Shown one piece after another: positions 19,589 to 29,800 of a stretch of 64,000 nucleotides of DNA. Origin of the DNA: Macrostomum lignano (Eukaryota); assembly GCA_002269645.1 (NCBI GenBank), contig NIVC01000688.1, positions 6,692 to 70,691 on the forward strand. The letters are read 5' to 3'. The position numbers were made by a program, and so were the translations under genes. The stretch's first letter is position 1. Every line of letters begins with the position of its first letter. The notes beneath the pieces are model-generated. The model was not told where the DNA came from. It worked only from the letters and a program-made list of their open reading frames with translations, and searched no databases.

Positions 19589-20986
19589 TCAGAAACGCCT
19601 GGCGTGCAGCTTGCAGTAGGCCTTGCCATCCTTCGGAGCGAACGGCTTGCCCTCCAAGCAGGTGCCGCACACGGCGCAGCAGAAGCACTCGGCGTGATAA
19701 GTGCCGCCCAGCACCTCGACGAAGCGATCGATCGGCGCGATCGCCTCGTGACACTTGGCGCACTTGGTGAAGAACAGGTCGCCCCAGTCCTTCTCGCAGT
19801 AGGGCCGGTTGTCCTCAACTCGGAACTTCCGCCCGGCGATGCTCTGTCGGCAGTGAGCGCACACGAAGCACTGCCGGTGGAAGTATTGGTCCATGGCGTG
19901 CACGCTCTCGCTGACGATCGTCTGCTGGCAGCTGCCGCAACGGGGCGCCAGTAGTCGGACGTAGTCGTCCTCGCAGTACAGCTGGTTGGCCTCCTCGACG
20001 AAGCCGCACGGTTCAAGGTTGCGGCCGCAGACGCTGCAGTTGAAGTGGTCCGGGCAGAAGCACTTGTCCAGCGCCACGAGGAACGGGCCGCGGATCACCG
20101 AGCCGCAGACCGAGCAGACCGGGACGCCACCGGCCGCTTGCTGAGTTTGGCGCTGGGCCTCGCCACGGCGACTGCGACCGGAGAGTCCAGCACTGCCGCC
20201 TCCACCACCGACAGACGACATCAGAGGAGCAGCTGAACGCGGAGCCGGGGCCGGAGGTGGCGGCGGCGGCGGTTGAGCAGGCGGAGAAAAGTTCCGCGGC
20301 GAGAACTGCTGCGGCGGTGAGAACTGCTGTGGCGAGAACTGCTGTGACGAGAACTGCTGTGGCGAGAACTGCTGTGGCGAGAACTGCTGTGGCGAGAACT
20401 GCTGTGGCGAGAACTGCTGTGGCGAGAACTGCTGTGGCGAGAACTGCTGTGGCGAGAACTGTTGTGGCGAGAACTGCTGTGGCGAGAACTGCTGTGGCGA
20501 CGAAGAGTAATGCTGTACAGCGTTAGGCTTAGCGAAGTGATGCTGCGGAGCGGGTGGGTAATAGTGCGACGATGGAGAAGAAGGCGACGCGTTCGCGGCG
20601 GGCAGCCATGTGGCGCCGCTAGAGTTGCCGGCAGTCTGGCGGGCTGGCGGGCTGTAAGGAGCCGCGGCCGGTTGGAACTGGTGCTGTTGCGGCTGAGGCT
20701 GGAAGTAGGCGTGGTTGAATCCGCCGCCGCCGCTCGCCAAGCCAAGGTCGAGCTCGTTGCCGCATCGGATGACCGCCTGCTGGGCCTGCTGGTGTGTCCA
20801 ATTGTGTGTCGGGTCCCCGCCGATGCTCACCACCCTGTCGCCGACGCAGACGCCGTGCCGCTCGGCCATGCCGCCTTTGCTCACCTTCTGGATGGTGAGA
20901 GCGGAGTTGAAATCGCGTCCGCCCTGCAGCCGGAAGCCCCACGGCGTTCCGGAATCCGGACGAGTCATGCGCACCTGACGAGACAT
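19589..20986 (-). CDS. Intronless PDZ + 3 LIM domain protein (Enigma/ZASP/PDLIM5-7-like), 465 aa
   Basis: N-terminal PDZ (PWGFRLQGGRDF). Three C-terminal LIM zinc fingers (CSVC..H..C..C; CGSC..H..C..C; CAKC..H..C..C). Low-complexity linker. Confidence 0.95.
   Translation of the reverse strand: MSRQVRMTRPDSGTPWGFRLQGGRDFNSALTIQKVSKGGMAERHGVCVGDRVVSIGGDPTHNWTHQQAQQAVIRCGNELDLGLASGGGGFNHAYFQPQPQQHQFQPAAAPYSPPARQTAGNSSGATWLPAANASPSSPSSHYYPPAPQHHFAKPNAVQHYSSSPQQFSPQQFSPQQFSPQQFSPQQFSPQQFSPQQFSPQQFSPQQFSPQQFSSQQFSPQQFSPPQQFSPRNFSPPAQPPPPPPPAPAPRSAAPLMSSVGGGGGSAGLSGRSRRGEAQRQTQQAAGGVPVCSVCGSVIRGPFLVALDKCFCPDHFNCSVCGRNLEPCGFVEEANQLYCEDDYVRLLAPRCGSCQQTIVSESVHAMDQYFHRQCFVCAHCRQSIAGRKFRVEDNRPYCEKDWGDLFFTKCAKCHEAIAPIDRFVEVLGGTYHAECFCCAVCGTCLEGKPFAPKDGKAYCKLHARRF
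20298..20500 (-). repeat. Coding 15-bp repeat giving ~14 x (S)PQQF in the PDZ-LIM linker
   Basis: CGAGAACTGCTGTGG tandem array, in frame within the ORF. Confidence 0.95.
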
Positions 20987-21738
20987 TCTTCTTGCTTAGG
21001 GTTACTGCGTTCGGGTTTCTGACTAGCTGAGTGCCGGGGCGATGAAAGAGAAGCTGCTGGGTGCCGCACCCTGCATGGATAAATACTAGCGATGGTTGGC
21101 GCTTCCAGTACGCAGCCAAGATCAATTTGATGCGCGGTTGGTCCAGTGTACGTGACTAGGCCGACCCTCTCCTACACAACCGCAAGGGTGCAAGGCGCCT
21201 TAACCTGCCCGACAGAGGAAACAAGGGGAAGGAAGGTTCAGTCATTTCCATAGCGCAGCTTCCATGTTACAACGAATAAGGAAGCTGCCTGGCTGAAAGA
21301 GACGGGCTGGCGAGACCTTTTCAAACTGTGGGGGTGCGCATTGATCGATTGGGTGGGTGAACTGACTGGGTGGAAGACTTCCCAGGAACGCAGGACCTTT
21401 TGCGGCGTGCAACGGGGTTCATCCGCTGCCCGAACTGACCGAGCTGCAGTCCGAGAGAGGGGAGGGAGGAGTCTCGACGCGACCTTCTGAATCGAGACAG
21501 GCCAACGGAAGAAAAGGATGGATAAAGTTTTTTTATATTCACTTAAATGGCCCATTTGTGGCGGCTGCGGTTCTTTCATTTTAGCAAAAGACTTTGCAAA
21601 GAAATTGTACAAATGGAATGGAAACTTCAATTTGCAGATTCGCTCGTAAAGTAAGCCACGCTTATGACGCCTTGTGAAAGTTCATTCATTTAAGCTCCCT
21701 GTGGCTATTGGAATGTACCGAATAACATTTACAAAAAA

Positions 21739-21980
21739 GGGATTGTAGCCTAGTGGTTGGAGCGTCGGACCCACGACTGAAAGGTCGGGGGTTCGATTCT
21801 TGACCGAATCAGAACAATTAGTGTCCTTGAGCAATACACTTGATTCTGCTTTACTCCAGTTCACCCCAGCTGTAAAATGGGATGTCAGCATTAGCTGGGG
21901 TAATTGGTAATTGAGGGTATGTGTGGCGACCCCCAGTCCTTGGACTGAACAGCCGTACGTAGCCTTCAGATGCGCCGCGC
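21739..21980 (+). mobile_element. tRNA-derived SINE, copy 2
   Basis: Same A box, B box and CAGTTCACCCCAGCTGTAAAATG core as the copy at 15176; the two copies diverge in the 3' part. Confidence 0.85.
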
Positions 21981-22359
21981 AATAGCTGCAGCTGAGCTGT
22001 CGATTGCACATCTGTTGTTACTATTATATTTACAAAGAGTTTACAAAATGTTTTTGAGAACTTATTCTTAAAATATACATTGAGCAGCGTAATATAAAAC
22101 CACAATGGGCAAAAAATTGATATAAAACTTGTTTATTTGAGATTCAATTATTAAAAAACGCAAAATTTCATAGAAAATTTTCGTACCGTAGTGGTAGACA
22201 CAATGTCCCTATACATTATTGAGCTGTTCTGTGTGAGGCAGAATTCAATTATATAAATTCAATAGTAACCACTTTGCTTTCAGTTATTCTAGAGTAGTGA
22301 AGAAGGAACTACAAAGATAAAAATATTTGGTTTTGTATTTCTTCACTGGTCATTTCCTC

Positions 22360-25300
22360 TCAGACCTGGTAACGCACGGTCACCCTCTGCAGCTGGTCCA
22401 CCATAATGTCCTTGTTGTCTGATTGGGTCCTGCGCTGCTGGTAGCGCGGCACTCGAGACCAATCGAAGTAGGTGAACTCCATGGGCGTCTTGCGCTGACG
22501 CCGGTGCTCGTAGGCGGCCTCGATTGAGTCGAAGGTCTGCTGAGGGCTGCGGAGGAAACAGTGTGGTTCTCTGTGTTGCTGCCGTGTCAAGGGGCAAAAA
22601 ATTTCACGATTCAGTAGAACTTTTCAGTGGCTTTAGCACCAGGGGCTTTAGCATCAGGGGCTTTAGCACCAGGGGCTTTAGCACCAGGGGCTTTAGCACC
22701 AGGGGCTTTAGCACCAGAGGCTTTAGCACCAGTGGCGCCAGCACCAGTGGCGCCAGCACCAGGGGCGCCAGCACCAGGGGCGCCAGCACCAGGGGTGCCA
22801 GCACCAGGGGCGCCAGCACCAGTGGCGCCAGCACCAGGGGCGCCAGCACCAGGGGCGCCAGCACCAGGGGCGCCAGCACCAGGGGCGCCAGCACTAGGGG
22901 CTGTAGATGCATAGACATAATAGCTCATAACTTAATTTCAAAGAATGTACTTTTTAATAGATCACAGTGGCCTTTCCTGCACTTAAGCGAACGAGTGACG
23001 CTAAAAATGTAGATTTAAGGTTTTACTTGAATTGCCTGAGAGCTCAGAGCAGCCAACTCACATCATTGATCTGTCGATTTCCGCTTTTCCACCACCATCC
23101 TGTTTGATCGCTTTAGCCGCCCCGGCATCGGTAGCGTCTGGGCAGCCTCTGGTCGCCACGCGGCTGCCGAAGGCCAGCCGGTCCCGCACCAGCTGGTTAT
23201 CGGTGTCGAACAGGCGTTGCGCTTTCATGCGCTCGTTGAATGTGATCTCTGCGAGCGTTTGTAATAATAACAATGAAATGATTTAGAGCACAACGCACAA
23301 CGCACTCATGCACACGCTCACACATGGTGTACACAGCGGCTTTAGCTTTCTAATCGTCAGGCATGTGCACTCTCTGTGCCCTTGGGGATTGACTCTCATG
23401 GGGGCTCGACAACTCCCCGGCCGGCGGCCAATTTTCGAGCGCACTTATAGCCCCAACTGAGTCTACCGCTGAGCCGCTCTGCCCCTTGTTAGCAGGGTTC
23501 TTCCAAGCTGAAAGGCTCCGTAGAAAAAAATCCCACAGCATTTTATCGATGAAATCTTTATTTCCGGAGCTGTTATCGAAGCTGCAATACCTTGCTAGAG
23601 CATACGGTACAATTGACATATTGAATTGTTATTTAAACAAAATCTATGTAATTTAAGGCGAAATAATATACGTAGCTCGTATTATACCGGAACAAAGTTC
23701 ACGAAAAAATTATGAAATTTTCTTCAAAATAAGAGTGCAATTATAAGTCATTTGCCGCTTGAATATCACTAAAATTCTTCGTAAGGATTCTTCGTAAGGA
23801 GTCTACGTAAGGAGTCTACGTAGATTCCACATGAATTACGACTACATATCTTCTCGTTGAGAATATACAAAAACATACACAGGTTTTACGAGCTACGTGG
23901 TTTTTTTTTAGTCGCCTCGGAGTATCGCAATCTCGCGTCGTAAAGGGCATGCTCACATTTAACTCCAGTTCTCATTCTCAACACCACTCACCGTGTCTAT
24001 CCAGCACCTTGACCGACGGCAGGTGGAAGATGACGTAATCGCGATAGTGCTTCTCCTGGGCTACCGGATTGTCGAACAGAGCTGCACGGTGTTGAAATGT
24101 GTGGGAGTGAGTCAAGTGGTAAGCGATACTCATTAGTATTTTAGGGCGAGAATATACATGCATATCAGCACTGTCAATTTAATATCATATAAGTCTGGTG
24201 GTAGCGTGAAAAGATTCACAACAGTTGAAAAAGCATGCTAAATGCTACTAAGATCATATTCTTAACGATCCCTGACGCTTACATTCTCAACTCCCTGATG
24301 CTCATATTCTCAACTCCCTGATGCTTATATTCTCAACTCCCTGATGCTCATATTCTCAACTCCCTGATGCTTATATTCTCAACTCCCTGATGCTTATATT
24401 CTCAACTCCCTGATGCTTATATTCTCAACTCCCTGATGCTTATATTCTCAACTCCCTGATGCTCATATTCTCAACTCCCTGATGCTCATATTCTCAACTC
24501 CCTGACGCTTATATTCTCAACTCCCTGATGCTTATATTATCAACTCCCTGATGCTTATATTCTCAACTCCCTGATGCTTATATTCTCAACTCCCTGATGC
24601 TTATATTCTCAACTCCCTGATGCTTACATTCTCAACTCCCTGATGCTTATATTCTCAACTCCCTGATGCTTATATTCTCAACTCCCTGATGCTGATATTC
24701 TCAACTCCCTGATGCTTATATTATCAACTCCCTGATGCTTATATTCTCAACTCCCTGATGCTTATATTCTCAACTCCCTGATGCTTATATTCTCAACTCC
24801 CTGATGCTCATATTCTCAACTCCCTGATGCTTATATTCTCAACTCCCTGATGCTCATATTCTCAACTCCCTGATGCTTATATTCTCAACTCCCTGATGCT
24901 CATATTCTCAACTCTCTGATGCTTATATTCTCAACTCCCTGATGCTCATATTCTCAACTCCCTGATGCTTATATTCTCAACTCCCTGATGCTCATATTCT
25001 CAACTCCCTGATGCTCATATTCTCAACTCCCCGATGCTCATATTCTCAACTCCCTGATGCTCATATTCTCAACTCCCTGATGCTCATATTATTGGTAACT
25101 GTGATGCTTAATTTGTGCTGTAAAAATGTTTAATTTGTTGTGCAGGTGATCGAGTTACATGGAATAAACGAAGGGCATATAGAGTAACATGAGTGTGAAT
25201 TTTATACGAGTTCAATAAAAATGAACACTTATTATATACTTGAAAGGTGAACTTGAATTGTACTTACTGATTTTTTCTTAACACTGGAATATTTTACAGG

Positions 25301-26295
25301 ATTCATGGTTGGAAATTCAGAATATTTTAATGCTTCAAATTTAAACTATAACAAGTTAAGAACTACTGGAAACTTTTCTCAGCAGCTATACTGGTACTTA
25401 CTCAAAGTCTGCAATCCCTGCATATTCTTCAGCTCCTGCACGACTTCCTCAACTTTGCTCAGCTGATTGTTGTGCAGCAAGAGAGTTTTGAGTCCTGTAA
25501 GCTGTCCCAATGAGCCACTAATGCTGATCAGCTTGTTGTTGTGCAGGTACAAGTCCCCTAGCCGAAGGTTGTCTTTCAAACAGTCCACTTTTAACAGCTG
25601 AAATGTTCAGGCAGTGATTTTCATCACACGGGTCTAAAACTAGCTGTAATAATTTTAAACAAGACACCAGAAATGTACTCACCCTGTTGCCATTAAGCCA
25701 CACTGCTTGAAGATTAGGGAAGCAATGAAGTGATGGAATCGTTCCCAATGATCTGAAGTACGAAATATATGTAGCTAAAATTTCGTTTTATAAAATCAGT
25801 ACCTGCATCAATATGGATACTGACTGAGAAACTAGCATAAGTAAAGCCTATTAGAAAGACTCACAGTTTTCCTAGATAAAGTTCTTCGACCTCAAACAAG
25901 CGCATTACATGCTGACTCTTCATTTGATTTTGAAGTTTCTAAAAGAAAAAAATTCCGTATTCGAATATATAGGTCTACCAATATTGTGCAATAAATTTAA
26001 GTTTTAAGAACAAAATGGAATAGCGAGCTATTAAAGTAGAAATATGAGTTGCTACAAACTGTCAAAACATAAAAAAGGACACAAATTGGAACCAATTTTA
26101 CGCTAATTTGACGGATAAATTCAAGTGATGAGATGATTAAATAAAAGCTAGGTAATTATTCGGACGGCTACTTAATTTTTTTATTGCGATTCTTTTTTAA
26201 GTTACGCTCGTATACTCGTCTATCGCTCTCGACACGAGTTGCTAGGCTGGGCTTACCTGGTGCAAAGCTGGATTCGCTTCTAATATGTGTTCCAT
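22360..26295 (-). CDS. LRRC72: Leucine-rich repeat protein, LRRC72-like; exons 26295-26257, 25938-25865, 25752-25683, 25597-25402, 24081-23992, 23248-23062, 22546-22360 (~280 aa)
   Basis: Seven GT-AG exons join in phase (843 nt). They give SDS22-type LRRs (LYLHNNKL, LLLHNNQL) and an LRRcap (LFDNPVAQEKHYRDYVIFHLPSVKVLDR), followed by EITFNERMKA..LAFGSRV, which matches my recollection of LRRC72. Confidence 0.85.
22625..22900. repeat. 15-bp minisatellite (AGCACCAGGGGCTTT grading into AGCACCAGGGGCGCC), last LRRC72 intron
   Basis: Direct inspection; two variant blocks. Confidence 0.95.
24270..25090. repeat. 23-bp minisatellite (CTGATGCTYATATTCTCAACTCC), ~35 copies, LRRC72 intron 4
   Basis: Direct inspection. 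Confidence 0.97.
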
Positions 26296-26841
26296 TATAT
26301 AGCTGTTGAAAAAGGCTCTTGTTCAAATTTTCAGCTTCCAATTTCGGGTAAGTTTAATAACATCAATGTAATATATTTTACAGATATTCTACCAGCTGCT
26401 TGAAAATCAAATCGTATCTGTGTTGCTACTGAATACAATTTCATACATCTAAAACAGTAACTTAAATAAAATTTAAAACAAACAAACATATACTTTACCA
26501 AGAAATTCACAGAGCTTGACATACCTACTAGAAAAAGTTACCAAACTTTGATTTACCAATAGTTTCTACGAAAGTAATGTGATAATTTTTAGTAGTAAAA
26601 AACTCGATAGAACCAGTCGAAATCGGCATGTAGTGAGTTTCACTTTTAAAGGGAGGTAATTTTAGATACTGATAAGTTCTTTGTATTTCATATTAAAAGT
26701 GATCTGTGATTGTAAAGTAATTTTTCGCTGCTCACTCCTATCACTAGGTCTATCCATCAACTAGGTCGTTGATAGCCTCAATATTTGTTTTTGCTTGAAC
26801 TACAAGATTCAAGAAAGTGGTTGCTGATTAACTTTTCAAAA
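26296..26841. promoter_or_regulatory. Putative shared (bidirectional) upstream region of LRRC72-like and CLINT1-like genes
   Basis: Divergent ATGs at 26295 (-) and 26842 (+) are separated by 546 bp; inferred from gene geometry only. Confidence 0.55.
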
Positions 26842-29800
26842 ATGCTTCGAGATGTATTGTACAAAGGAAAGGACTTAGCAGAAAAAATGTAAGTAAGGCT
26901 ATAAGGGTATGGCTTTTGTGTCTTTAGTCTTGCTAACCCTGATTTTTTTAATTTTACCATTTCTGGAAGTGATGCAAGGAGTGAAAAAGGCAATGTGTTT
27001 ATTAAAAGATGCCATAGGCCTAGTTTGTATTTTTTATGCACTGAGGGGCCTATGGTTTCACTTGAAAATTCACATTGAACAAACCAGTATATAGGCACAC
27101 AATGCAAGCAAAAGCAAGAATAGATCCCTAGCTATATTTTTATTTATTAAAAATATTTGCTTTCATTAGGCGTATACAATCATTTAAATAGTGAAATTGT
27201 ATATATAACTACTAGGCCTAAAAGTGTAAGGTGGATTGTAGAATAGAACTGAACTGGATTCTATTTTTGGCCAAAGACAAGTTGCAGAAATGAATTGGTT
27301 ACCTTGGTAATAGTTCTACTTTCTATTTTTTATCTACACTTCTACTTTAGTTTGGTGATAGTCACTTTGGTGAAATCCATTTAGGTGACAGACTGACAGG
27401 TTATTTTGGGGCTAAATGTATATATGCCAGACTCTGGATAGTATACATGTATACCAGCATTTTTTAGTATACAGAGACCTAGAGTATACTATTGGTATAC
27501 AACTTGATGTATAAAGGGGCCTAGCATACCCTTTTGGTATACAACTTGGTGTATAAAGATCACTAAGACAGCAGATGGGACCAAAGTTCCAAGTCCCAAT
27601 CAATATACACAGTTAACTTAAAATGATTAAGTTTATATTTGGCATAGTCTCCATGTATATAGTTATAATAGTTAAATTTTATCAAAATGAATAGCTCCTG
27701 GCCTTCTAAAAATGGAAAACTAAATTTAAAAAATGCATTGATTTTTTCTAAGAAGTTAAAGTAAAACAAAAAATAATTGAAATAGACTAGTCCTTTTTGG
27801 TTCAATAAAAATTTACTAGCTTAGTGGTAGCTTTTATTAATAGTATTTTTTAAATGTTAAAATTTAAGTATGTCAGTTTCAATTTTTATTTTTGGTATAT
27901 TTTTGTTTTATAATTCTCTGGTTTAATTAAATAGGAAACTATTTTATTTAAGTAATAAAATATTTTATATTGTAATTAATAATTTCATAGTTATTAAAGT
28001 CAATTACTATAAAGATTACAATTGACCATAGTGATTTTTATTCATTTTACTAAGTAGACAAAAAGTTTTTTTTCCTTTTAAAGCTCTAAATGATAATTTC
28101 TTTATTGCAAACACAATGGTTAAACCTTCCTTAATCTAAAAGTATTTCCACTATGCTTTAGACAAACTTCAAGATACATAACATATAGGCTTCTCTTTCA
28201 AGTCTTTAAGTGTGTGACAAAAAAGCACCTACTCTATAGCATGATGTTAGTCTACTATGAGTGGCTTGATGGGGTCATTGTATATTAGAATCTTCAATCT
28301 CATCAGAGCTTAGCATAGCTTTGCATGCTTGGAATGCTTCTTAGCATTTAATAAGCCATTGAAAGTTAACACCTTTTTAAAGCAACATATTTAGTGGTTC
28401 CAGTAGATCTTATAGATTTTGAAAAAAATTCTAATAATAGTTTTTTAGACCAACTAGTGAATGTACTTTAGTAGTGTTCCTTGGTATAGGAGCATCAATG
28501 ATAGCTTTGGTTATCTTAGGAGACTGGGGAACTCCTATGGCATTGATATAACCTAGAAATTTGATACTTGGCATCATAAACTGGCACTTTGATTGATTGA
28601 GTCAAATGCCATAATCTTGCAATCTCTTTAACATGTCCCTGAACAGTTTTTCATGATCTTTGACTATTAATACTTTTAAAACAATGTTATTAATAAAGCA
28701 GATAGTGTCTAGACCTAAAGTATCTAGTCCATTGCCTTTGAAATTGAGCAGATACACTCTGTCTTCTGCCATCGACAATTACAACATCAAGCTTAATGCC
28801 ATGATTGTCATTGACAATCATGGCATTGTCAATGATTGTCAATCTCTTCATTGTCCACTACTTGCATGGTTGCTTCTCCAAGCAGGGGAATCTTTTTGCT
28901 AAAGTACAAAGTGAGGATCAAGGTCATGCCAGTTGGTTTCACTTCGATCTACTTAATTGTTTATTAATAATTGTGCATTCGGGACCTGTGTCTACCTCAA
29001 ACGTCACCTTATTGTTGTTAATTTGCAGTCTCCAAGAAAGGGTTGAATCATTTCTTTTTAGTTCTATTTTCACTGAGCTGGCAGTTCCCACCAATGGCAA
29101 TGTTACTAATGTTTGAGAAGTTGGGAGACTCCTTATTGCTACCTTGGCTTTGATTTTTGCTCATGTATTTTTATTCTTCTTGTGCCTTGGCACAATTTTG
29201 GTTGGTAATTTCTCCTCTGACCATTCTGTCTGGCTTCGTGAGCTTCTGTCGACTGCTAGGTTCTGCATGCCTTTTCTAGGTGTCTAGGTCTGTTGCACTC
29301 CTTGCAGACATAAGATCAATGTGGGCAGCTTCTTGCCCAATGACCCATCGCTAAACATCGGTAGCATCTGCCATAAGTGGGTCTTTTGAGCTTAGCCTGA
29401 CTTAGTGTTGTTAATTTGTTAGTGTTGATGAGTGTTACACTTTTTCTGCAGTTTCTATGGTGGTTGATGTTTTTATGGCTTGAGCACAATGTCATCTTTT
29501 TGCAGAAGACACTTGCTGCGCAATCTGCAAACCAACTTATCTCATGATAGCTTCATCCAGAAAGCCTCGAAACATGCATGCTGCAGCTAGCTTCCTTAAT
29601 TTCGCTATGTACTTTAAGATTACTTTGCCCTCTTGTTGATTTCGATTGTGGAAATTGTAGCACTCCACAATTTTCTTTGGCGTCAATGCAAAATAGTTTC
29701 TTAGCGCCATTATTAGCTTTTCATAAGACTTACTTTTAAGAAGGGCTGGAGACAGCAGATCTTGCTGCAGACAGTAGCCATCTTCACAAGTTCACCACCA

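Noticed and set aside
22604-23012. Collagen- or elastin-like GAP/APG ORFs
   Set aside because: Translations of the 15-bp array within the last LRRC72 intron.
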